Assembly: GCF_009914755.1 (NCBI RefSeq)
Contig: NC_060925.1
Source of the DNA: the human T2T-CHM13v2.0 reference genome, Homo sapiens
Direction: 5' to 3' (one strand)
DNA: 64,000 nucleotides
Shown here: positions 45,520 through 57,450 of the stretch, piece after piece
Layout: each line of letters starts with the position of its first letter
Position numbering within the stretch: position 1 is the first letter of the stretch
Position numbers and translations under genes: made by a program
Notes under the pieces: generated by a model
What the model saw: only the letters and a program-made list of their open reading frames with translations
Databases searched by the model: none
What the model was told of the DNA's origin: nothing

Positions 45520-46590
45520 TGTTCCCACAACATTTGCTTAGATAATCTAATCCGGTATCATGGCTTTAAATATCATCTATATGCTGATGACTCCTATATT
45601 TATATCAAGCCCAGTTCTCTTTCCCCACACTCCAGACTCATTTACCCAATTGCTTCCTTCATTTGGATATGTATTAGGCATCTCACACTTAACATGTCCA
45701 GAACCAAACTCCAGATTCACACCCCTGCCTCCCAGAATCTTTTCTACCCCAGGAAATGGCAGCTAACTACATCCTTCCAATTGCTCACATCAAATACTGT
45801 AGCATCATTTCTTTGACACTCAAATCTGATATCAGCAAACCTTATTAGCTTTACCTTAATATCCTCAGATCCAGCCACTTCTCACTACCTCTGTATCATC
45901 ACTCTGTCCAAACCACCATCTCTCACCTAATTTTTGCACTCCTAACTAGTCTTCCAGATTTTATGCTTGCTTCTCTGTGGTCTATTTCCACACTGAAGCC
46001 AAAGTGATCCCATTAAAATACAAGATAGATCTTGTTACTCCTGTGATCAGAACTCCCCAATGGCTCCCCATTTCTTGTAGAATGAGAGCCAGAACCTTTA
46101 TAGTGCTCATCAAGGCCCTACATGGTCCACACCTTCGTTTCTTGTTGCTCTCCTTCTTGTTTATTGTTTTATCCTGCGCTCCTTGCTGTGATTCGGATAT
46201 TCCAGACCTGTTCCCGCCTCAGACTCTTGGCATTTGCTCATTCCCTTGTCTGGAACACTCTTCCCCAGATACCTGAAGAGATTGCGCACTCTCTTGCCTT
46301 TTTAGAACATAGTTCAAATGTCACCTTCTTAATAAAGTCTCCTTTGCCCATCCCATTTAAAATCATAGCCCCATCCCCTATTGGCGTTCCCTGTTCCCCT
46401 TTACTGTGTCATTTTCTCCAGGGTATCTATCACTCTCGGATGCCACATATGTTTTATTTACTTGTTTATTGTCTGTCTCCATCTACTAGAGTGTTTCTTC
46501 TGTTTTGTTCCCTACTATTTTCTAACACCAAAACCAGTGTCTACTGTATTACTTAGTGATCAATTAATAAATATTTGTTGCATGGATAAA
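45520..46590 (+). mobile_element. L2a (RT YADD motif to 3' end) inserted in a MIR
   Basis: LIRYHGFKYHLYADDS peptide; 3' aataaatatttgttg; MIR halves at about 45462 and 46600. Confidence 0.8.
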
Positions 46591-47544
46591 TGGTGGACAA
46601 CTCTGTGAAGTAGATGGTATTTAAATGCATTTTAACAAATGTGAAAATGATATAGAAGGGATAAGTAATTTGCTTATGTTCACAGAACTAAATGTGATCA
46701 AGCCAGTCTTTGAACCCTTCTCTGCCTGGCTCCAAACTTTTTTACTTTTCTCACTATTCAACTTAGCTTTCTGTTTTTTCCAAATTCACAGTCAGTTTTA
46801 TCCTATGTTTTAACTATACCGAAAGCTTTGTAAGGGCAAGAACTAGGAATGTTCTGCTCACAGATATATTCACAATGCCTAGTATAGTGTTTATGTGCAT
46901 AGTAAATATTCAGTAAATATTTGTTCAATCAATCGAGGACAGAAGGAAGAGGGTATGAGTAAGAAAGAATAGAGCCACCTTTAATAACAAAATCCAGATC
47001 TTTCAAATATTGTTATTAGAAGATTTTTAGGGAGACGGAGTACAGTGGTGAGGACTGTCAGGTGGCCCCTTCCTTTATCTAACCCTGACTTTCCCCATCT
47101 CCTGGAGAGACTGTCACTTGAAGAACTTCTGCCACCATCATGCTGACTTCAGATGGCCAGCTTCTCTTTAATGCCTTAAAAAAAAAAAAAAGAGGAAAGG
47201 GGTGTGTGTGTGGTGGGAGGGATACTTTCTCTTGGCTTCTCTAAGCAAAGCTAAAAATATTTCACTAAAGATTAAAAGAGGACAACAGAGAAATTAACCT
47301 TGAGAGGACAAGAAATCCAGAGGAGTAGTCTGGTTTCCAAAATGCAGAATTCTGTCTCTTCTATAGCTAGCACAAGCCAGGGCCATACTTACTTCACAAC
47401 AGGAGAGCATAGCATTGCAGGATTTGGCTAGGTTCTTTGCTTCATGACATCTAGCATTTTTCACAGCCCACTGTTCAAAGACTTTCTCCTAGACATCTTG
47501 AGCTATGTGATCAAGACTGAAAAAGCCAAATTCCCACTTTGCAG

Positions 47545-47706
47545 CTCACCGAGGACTCTCTGCACGGTGGTTTTTGGCCTTGACTGCATATTGGAATCAC
47601 CTGGAGAGCCTAAAAAATTACTGATGCCTGCATCCCACCCTCTAGAGATTTTGAAGTCACTGAGCGAGGACGCAGCCTTTGCATTAGGATTTTTAAAGCT
47701 GCCCAG
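47545..47706 (+). CDS. ST3GAL3: ST3GAL3 alternative cassette exon, 162 nt, phase 2-2: (L)SPRTLCTVVFGLDCILESPGEPKKLLMPASHPLEILKSLSEDAAFALGFLKLP(R)
   Basis: Acceptor ttcccactttgcag|C and donor CCAG|gtgagt. The frame is open, the length is divisible by 3, and it fits between exons 4 and 5. The peptide is recalled from the long ST3GAL3 isoform. Confidence 0.88.
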
Positions 47707-47741
47707 GTGAGTCTAATATGCAGCCAAATTGAGAACCACTG
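47565..47741. mobile_element. MER5B-like hAT-Charlie MITE (exonised)
   Basis: cggtggttttt...gaatcacctggagagc...ccaggtgagtctaatatgcagcc...gagaaccactg, with TIRs and palindromic arms. Confidence 0.88.
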
Positions 47742-48625
47742 CTTTAATAAAAGATTCTGTTTCCTGTCTCAGGAAGTCTCCACTTCCCCAGGTAATTGAT
47801 ACCAAGAATAAATCTGCCTGTACATAGGAGTATGTCTATGTGTGATGATTCATAACTAAGACCTCACTACCCAGAGATTCTGATTTAGTTGGTCAGGAAT
47901 TGGGCTCAGGTACCTTTATGTTTAAACATTCTCCCAGATTATTCTAATATGTCAGGGTCAAGAACCATGAAGCAACCTCAGGCCTGTCACTATATCATAT
48001 CTGAATATAATATAACAACTACTGCAGAATATCATAACAATTATGTTAGGGTAGTGGAATTGCGGCTACTTTCTTTTGATTCTAAATATTGTTTTTATTA
48101 CACCTTTACAATGAAAAAATATATTTGGATGTTTCTGTAATTTTTTCGAACTTTCATTATGGGCTATAGATCTCTAGACACTATTTTTGGAAATCCATTT
48201 TATATTAGTTTTTGGTTACCAATTTTTTCTCTAGTTTTTCTTAATGGTCTTTTAAAATCTCAGCCAATTGAAGAACTTCCTATACATTATATTGACTAAT
48301 TTATCTCTTCCTTATCTATAATTGAAATAAATATATGTGTAAAGATGTAAGATTTGTCTTTTCTATGCTGCCAAACTCCAGGAGACCTGAGGGTGGAACT
48401 TGAGAAGTCTGGAGGAATGGGCAGAGACCAAATTATGTGGGGTTTTAGAGATAACAAGGAGAAATATGGGCTTCATCTCAAGGGCAAAAGATGCCTTGAA
48501 GGGTTTTAAGCAGATGAGTAGTGACATAATCAGTTTTGACCCTTAGGAAAATGTTTTTGGCCGCAGGAAGGAAATTTGATTAGAGAGGGACAAGAATGGA
48601 AGGGGAGAGGGTACTTAGGAGGCTA

Positions 48626-49087
<462 letters not shown>

Positions 49088-50302
49088 GATAATAAAAGAA
49101 CATTGTGAACAACTCTGTACTCACAAATCTGATAACTTAGATGAAATGGACTGATTCCTTGAAAGACACAAACCACCCAAACTGACACAAGGAGAAAAAG
49201 ACCATCTGAATAAATCTGTATCTACTAAAGAAATTAAATCACTAATTAATAACTTTCCAAAGCAGAAACAACAGTCTCAGATGGTTTCACTGGTGGATTC
49301 TATCAAAATTTAAGGGAAAAAATGATACCAAATGATACCAGTTCTCTACAATGTCTTCCAGAAAATCAAAGCAGAAAGAACGCTTTCTAACTCATTCTAT
49401 GCGTCCAACATTACTCTAGACATTACCCTATTACCCAAATAAAGATATTATAAGAAAGGAAAACTACGGACCAATATCTCTCATGAACATGCTCCAGAAA
49501 TCCTCAACAAAATTATTAGCAAATTGAGTTCAGCAATGTATAAAAAGAATTACATGTTGCTGCCAAGTGGGATTTATTCCAGGTATGCAAGGCTGGTTCA
49601 GCTTCAAAAATCAATTAATGCATATTCTGTTACATCAACAGGCTAAAGAAGAAAAATCATATAATCATATCCATAGATGTAAAAAAACCATTTGATACAA
49701 TCCAATACCTATTCATGATTTTTAAAAAAACTATCAGCAAACTATGAGTAGAGGGGAACTTCTTCAATTTGATCAAAAAACCTATAGCTAACATCTTGCT
49801 TAATGAGACACTGGATTCTTTTCCCCTAAGATTGAGATAAAACCAAGGATGTCCCCCCTCTCACCACTCCTGTTCAACATTATACTAAAGTCTTCACTAA
49901 CACAGTAAGACAAGAAAAGGAAATAAAAGGCATACAGATTGGGAAGGGAGAAATAAAACTGTGTTCACAGATGACATGATTGTCTATGTAGAAAATCCCA
50001 AAGATTGGCAAAAACATTCTGGAACTAATAAGCAATTAAGGCAAGTTTTCAGGCTGTAAGGTTAATACACAAAAGGCAATTGCTTTTCTATATACCAGCA
50101 AGAAGCAATTGGAATTTAAAATTTAAAACATGGTGTCATTTACATTAGTGCCAAAAAAAAAGGGAAATACTTAGGGATAAATCTGATAAAATATGTGTAA
50201 ATGTGTTTGTGCATAGATCCATATATGAATGAGGAAAACTACAAAACTCTAATGAAAGAAATCAAAGAAATCTAGATAAATGGATATTCCACATTTTGAT
50301 AG

Positions 50303-50635
<333 letters not shown>

Positions 50636-52807
50636 TAAGATGTCAATTCTCTACTTGATCTATAAATTCAATGTAATCAGAATCAAAATTGCAGCAAGTC
50701 ATTTTTCGAATATCAACAACTTACGTTAAAATTTATATGGAAAGGCAGAAGACCCAGAATCTACTGATGAAGAAGAAGAAAGTTGGAAGATTGACAGTAC
50801 CTGACTCCAGACCTACAATAAAGCTATCAAGATACAATCAAGATAGCGTAGTATTGGCAAAAGAATAGACAAATAGATCAATAGAATAGGATAGAGATCC
50901 CATAAATTGACCCACACAAATATAGTCTGTTGATCTCTGACAAAGGAACAAAGGCAATTCAATGGAAAAAGGATAATTTTTTCAATAAATGATACTGGAA
51001 TAATTAGATATCTGTATGTACAAATTAATCATTCACCTTGTACCTTTCACAAAAATTAACTCAAAATGGAACCTAAATAGACTAAATGCAAAACCTGAAA
51101 CTATAATAAACTTCTGGAAGGTAACATAGAAAATTTATGTGATTTTGGGTTTGGTAATGAGTTTTTAGATATAAAACCAAAAGCAAAATTCAGAAAAGAA
51201 AAATCAGTACGTTGATTTTATTAAACTCCAAAACTTGTACTCTGTGAAGTTCACTGTTAAGTGAATGAAAAAACAAGCCACAAACTGGGGAAAAAATTGC
51301 AAACACATACCTGATTAAGGACTTGTATTCAGAATATACAAAGAACTCTTAAAACTCAACATTAAGAAAGCAACCAACCCAATTAAAAAAATGGGCAAAA
51401 GAACCAAAAAGACACCCTTTCCAGATGGTCAAAAAAGATATGCAGATGGAAATAAGCATATGAAAAGATGTTTGCATTATATGTCATTAAGGAAATGCAA
51501 ATTAAAACAACAGTGAAATACTATCACACCTATTAGAATGACTAAAAAAAAAACAAAAAACCTGACAGTCTCAAATGCTGACAAGGATGTGGAGCAGTAG
51601 GAACGCTCATTCACTGCTGGTGGGAATGGTTTGGCCACTTTGGAGCACAGTTTGGCCACTTTGGAGCACAGTTTGGCAGCAGCTTACAAAGTGAACATAA
51701 TATGTTCTAGCAGTCACCCTCCTAAGTATTTACCCAGTGGAACTGAAAACTTATGTCTACACAAAAACCATACATGAATATTTATAGCAGCTTTATTCAT
51801 AATTGCCAAGAACTGGAAGCATCAAGATGTCCTTTAGTATGTATGTGGACAAACTGTGGCACATCTAGACAATGGACTACTATTCAGCACTAAAAAGAAA
51901 TGTAGTCTGTTAAAAAAAAAAACACTACTAAGGGCTTTGAAATCAGGAAATATAAAAAGTGTATTTTATGAAACAGCCACAACCAATATCCAAGGGCTTT
52001 GAAATCAGAAAGCTCTATATTCAAATCTTCCTCCTGCCATTTCCTAGTTGAATTTCTTTATTTCTTTGTTCATAAAATGGGAAGAATAATACCTATCATA
52101 TAGGGCTGTTTAAGGATTAACAATAATGTAAATAAAAATAAAAACAAAACCCCAGATACTGCTGAATAATTGTTAGTTACATTCCTCCGCTCTCTATTAT
52201 TTTGCTTCCCAAATATATCTTACAAATATTCTTCCTGTCTATATCCACTGTTACCCCTTCAGCCAGGTCTCCTCATTTCTCTCTTGGACTAGTGCATGTC
52301 ATTCATCTGCATAAAAATCCTTCAGTGGCTCCCCATTGCCTCCATCAGCAAGTCCAGGCTCCTTGTCCTAGCAGCAAGACCATGCTGTGGTCTCACAGGC
52401 TTTGTTCTGTCAGTACTACTGTATTTGCAATTCCCAATATGTGCCAGGCTCTTTTTCTGCTTTGGACCCTTGCACATATTGTATCCTCGGCTGAGAATGC
52501 CCTTCTCCTTTCTCTCTTTTCTTGACAGTACCTCCTCAAGATACCCACCCTAATTCCCAAGACCACTTTAAATTGTCTGCCTCCTCCATACCTTGTATAT
52601 AATAGTGGTCGTACTTATACCCAAAGGTAATCTTTTATTTACTTACCTATTTGCTTACTGAAATTCAAGCTTTTTGAGAGTAGGAACCAAAATGGAAAAC
52701 TTAGGTTCCTTAGTGCAGTGCTTCTGAAACATTTCCTCCAGAGGACCCTTAGTGGTAGAGGAGAGTGAGCATATATTGCAAAGCAACCCACTGCAAGCAT
52801 AAAAATT

Positions 52808-52809
<2 letters not shown>

Positions 52810-52841
<32 letters not shown>

Positions 52842-53151
52842 AGACAGGGTCTTGCTTTGTCGCCCAGGCTGGAGTTCAGTAGTGCAATCTCAGCTTACTG
52901 CAGCCTCAGCTCAAGCAATCCTCCCAACCTCAGCCTCCCCGGCCCAAGCAATCCTTACAACCTCAGCCTCCTGAGGAGCTGGGACTGTAGGCACATGCCA
53001 CCATGCCCAGCTAATTAAAAAAAATTTTTTTTAAATAGAGATAAGGTCTCCCTATGTTGCCTCTGGTCTCAAACTCCTGGGCTCTAGTGAATCTTCCCAC
53101 CTTGACTTCCCAAAGTGCTGGGATTACAGATGTGAGCCACCACACCTGGCC
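52810..53151 (-). mobile_element. AluJ with internal rearrangement and T31 tail
   Basis: caagcaatcct...aacctcagcctcc is duplicated. Confidence 0.88.
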
Positions 53152-55224
53152 CCCCAAAAAAGAATCTTTAAGATCTTTCATTTTGCTTGTAAAAATTCTG
53201 CATTCTATACCATAGTATGTATGTGTTTTCTTAATACATTCTTCCTCATATCTTCAAGTACATGTATTGCTCCAGGAAGATACACTGGTTTGTACTGTGG
53301 CTTTGAATAACTCTAACCTCTATTACATAGCCCCTGAACTGTGACACCTGCTTTGAGAGCCTGGACTTAGTGGATTTAGGGACAATGTTATCTGGAAATC
53401 ATGATAGTGACCTCTATCTTATACTGGGGACCTATAGAAGAATTGAACAGAGGATTTGACTGTGATTTTAACTACAAATTTTATGAGATATAGCCCTTCC
53501 ACTGGGCTCACATAAGTGCTAGGATGCTAGTTTATAACAAGTTCCTGCACATAGATGATGGAATTGTTTTAGTGGCCCTCCGTTTCTGTCCCCTGAAGTC
53601 TCTTGACCTCCCTGCCCAATAGGCATACATTTATGGACAGCCAGTTGAATGAGAGAGAAGAATCCAAATAAGAAAAATAAATGAGCAGTTATTTTCCTTC
53701 TTAAATTATTGAAACTATGATAATAATTCAGATGAATCTAGAAGGAATAGTAAAAGCAGAAGTCAAACATTAAAACAGTAGGAACAGTGACTAATATTTG
53801 TATAACCTTTCAAAGGGCACTGTGACCCACATTGCTGTAGGTATTCACTGATCTTCCCATCAGCCCTATAAAATGTGCATTACTATAGCTATTTTAAGAG
53901 TTAAGGAAACCAGTTGTGTCTTACCTGAGGTTGCACACCTAGTAAGTAGAACTGGTGGCTTAAACTCCAATCTTCTTACCTTAAGCTGATTACACTTTAC
54001 ATCATAGAAAGTAGGGGCTTTGGGAAGAACAGGAGAGAGTTTTGGAGTCAGTTTTCTCTTGTCAAAAATGAAAATAATACTTACCTTAGAGTAGGACTGC
54101 TCCAAAGGTAGACAGGGCCCTGGCCAAATAACGTTTTGCAAGGCCTCTGCCTGTATAAACCAGTTGATGGGTCCATGTATGATATATTGACTTACTAAGG
54201 ATTTAGAACAATGGGTAGAGAAGAGATACTTATGTATTTGTTATCCAATCAGTGCATATGAAAATTCCTTTTGCTACCCAGACACCACCAACTCTTTCTG
54301 TTCAGGTTCAGGAACCATCTCTGTGTTTTCTATTGTCAAATGTATCATTGCTGGAAAGTTTCATATCTCCTGCCACAAACAACAAGTATCTGTATTATTA
54401 GTACTCAATGCCATGGCTTTTTGGAAACTGTTTTGTGGAAACAGTGATCTTCTCCCTTCATTTCTCCAGTACCATTCAGCTCATGCTGGATACATCATTT
54501 CATGAGGCTGCGCTATCCTTCCTGAGACCTGGGAGTATCTCAAAGATGGGACTGCTTTGTTGGTCATGAACACACACCAGTGTCAGAGAGTGCAGGGAAA
54601 GTGTAAATGGTAATTTGTTTTCTGGTCATATTAAATGTATCATTTGACATTTTATAGTGTAAACAGAACAGTGCATCTTCTAACCATGGCTTCTCCTGGA
54701 CTCCTTCAGCCCCATCTGCCTGGGTCTAAGGGAGGTACTACTTTGTAGAGGATTGTTGTAAAGCTGAATTAGATCATTAGATCCGCTGTCTGGTGCCTGG
54801 TTTGTGCTCAGTGAATGTTACTTCTCTTGTGTCTTTCACTACCACCCAGAAAGAGGATGTGTTTTTATTTTTAAGGAAATAAAGTGTGGAAGCAAAATTG
54901 AATTGGAGAGTCACAGCAGATCTCTGGTGGAGTGCCTCCGTGAAAATTGTCTGTTGAAGCACTTGGAGAACTTAGTGGGGAGCATCCCTCCAGCTAAGAG
55001 GAAATAAATTACAAGGCTCTGGAGACAAATGTAACCTGGAGTTAATGTCAGCTCCACAATCACTGATCAAATAGGAAGGTGGCCTGGTTTGATGAAAAGG
55101 TATTGCAGTGCCTAGCAGCAAGAGCAGAAAGGCAGGGCCTCCGGAGCTGAGAAATACCACAAGTTTCAGATGGCTCAGATCAAGCAGTCCCTTTTTTCTT
55201 AAAGTGATAGAAGACATTTGACAG

Positions 55225-55416
55225 TGCTTCAGCATTTGTCGTAGATGGCTGTACACGTATCATGATGGCAAAAGCTGTAGAGAAACCTGAGTCTACATTG
55301 GAAGCCACAAAGAGCAAAGAGTCAGTGATGTCTAGGGTAGAATGGATTGGCACAGCCCACATGTGGGTAGATGATGAAACTGGTGACAATGCAAGCAAGA
55401 CCCAGCAGACCTTGGA
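55225..55416 (+). CDS. ST3GAL3: Candidate ST3GAL3 alternative exon encoding ...MMAKAVEKPESTLEATKSKESVMSRVEWIGTAHMWVDDETGDNASKTQQTL(E); 5' boundary uncertain (55205, 55225 or 55245)
   Basis: Frame open 55211-55417 with ATG at 55262. Donor TGGA|gtaaca is phase 2 and joins exon 5 as GA|G = Glu followed by PAELATK. Confidence 0.5.
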
Positions 55417-56764
55417 GTAACAGGTCAGACAGGTGGCAGTCAGAGGAGACAGAAGTTGTCCTTAAGGAGAAACATTTCCATCTTGGGGCTTGAGAGGATC
55501 TATGGCAGTAAAGGCTATTTCAAAAAAAAAATTAAAGTGAAAATATTTAATGACAGAATAGGATTACTCAAGCTAGGCGAAGCTGCTTCTGCCATTTCCC
55601 TCCTCATGTCATTATCCCAGAAACAACTCTCTAGTACTTGGAGAAAGGCATCCTCATGAGGAAGGTAGAAGATGGAATTGAAGAATTCCCTCCTCTGTGG
55701 ATGGAACGAGCTCTGTGTAGAGAGGCTCATCTGCACGCTCATGCATGTCCCCCTAGCATGGTAACACTGGCTTTGATTAAGCTGCTGGGTTGTTAGGCAG
55801 TGTGCTAAGTGCTGCCTACATGGTCTTCTTTTCTCATAAGGAATGCTTTAAACTAAATTAGCACATGAAACGAGGGAGCAGGCATGGTAGGGGCTGATCT
55901 GAGTCCAGTCCTCTCTGAGATGGTTCTAGAAACTAGACTGATGGTTACACAATGTCCATCACTGATCTGTAGAGTCCTCAGGAATCACTGTCAATGACTC
56001 TTCCCCAGTTTCCCTGGCCATCACCCCACTTCCCCCTTACACTTCCTGTTGATTAACCTTCCAAGGCAAGGTAACCAACTGATTTCAGTCCAGCATTTTA
56101 TTGGGTACTTGTATATTCTGTGCCATACATGCTTTGCTAAAATGATCATATTCTATGAGAGAAAGATATTTAAATGGACAATTACTCTTCAGTGTAATGG
56201 AGTGTAATGCTAGGCCTTAACTATGTCCTAGTCATCATTGTATCCTTAATCCCAGGCCAGTTAGTTAGCATGTACTGAGCACCAGCGAGGGGCCAGACAC
56301 CGTACTCAGTGCCAGCCCTTCTTTCTCAGCATAACTCTTAACAAAAAAATTTTATAAAGTAAGTACTAGTATAATCCCACTTTTAAAGATGTGCAAATTA
56401 AGGGCACAAAACAATTTAAAAGACATGCCCCAAATCACACAGCTATTAAGAGAGCCAGGATAAAAATCCAAGCAGAGTGACTCTATTGTCTCTAAATATT
56501 TGTTGCCTGTGGAAATGAGAGGCAGAAAGGGGAAGGCGGTAGGAGAATGGGGGAACAAGTGAGCAAGTGAAGATGAAGGTCTGCCCTAGGTGGCGCAGGT
56601 CCACAGGGGGATGGGTTCTACCTGAGAAGGGAAGTATCATGGAAAGTTCGCAAGGGAAGTGGTGCTTAGAAAATAGGCATCCCTGGCCAAGGCGGGCTAA
56701 GGGAGCAGAGCTAAGGCCAGCCCTTCCAGTTTTGCGCTAGATCCTTTCCCCCTCCGCCTTCTCA

Positions 56765-57019
<255 letters not shown>

Positions 57020-57099
57020 CTATCTCTACTGCATTGTGAGTTTTTCTTTTATTCTAACCAGCTTGTAAACTTGGGGAAATATTTCCTAACCTCAAAAAA

Positions 57100-57450
57100 C
57101 ACTTTACCCTGCTTCCCCGCTCCGGCTATTGCCCCATTTCTTTGTTCCTTTGTAGCAGAACTCCTAAAAATAGTCTGTGTTTCATGACTTCAGTTTGTCT
57201 CTTCCTGTTTTCTCTTAAACCCAGTGAAACGAGTTTCACCTCCACATTCCAGTGGAATGGCTGTTGTTGAGGTTGGTGGTGACCTCCCTGTTGCCGAATC
57301 CAGCATTTAGTCCTGTGGCCACACCTTACTGGACCTCCACAGTGTGTGACGCAGTTGGTCTCTGCGTCCTTCCTAAGACACTTCGTTGACCGCAGCCTCA
57401 CACTCTCCTGCTCTTTCAGCCTCCTGCAGTGCTACTCCTCATCTCCCAAA
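57100..57450 (+). mobile_element. L2 ORF2 fragment
   Basis: ttcctttgtagcagaactcct and cttactggacctc...tgtgacgcagttggtc (LLDLS..FD.VD-like). Confidence 0.6.

Noticed and set aside
54078-54088. ATACTTACCT resembling the U1 snRNA 5' end (similar at 24351)
   Set aside because: No further U1 sequence follows; it is just an antisense GTAAGTAT.
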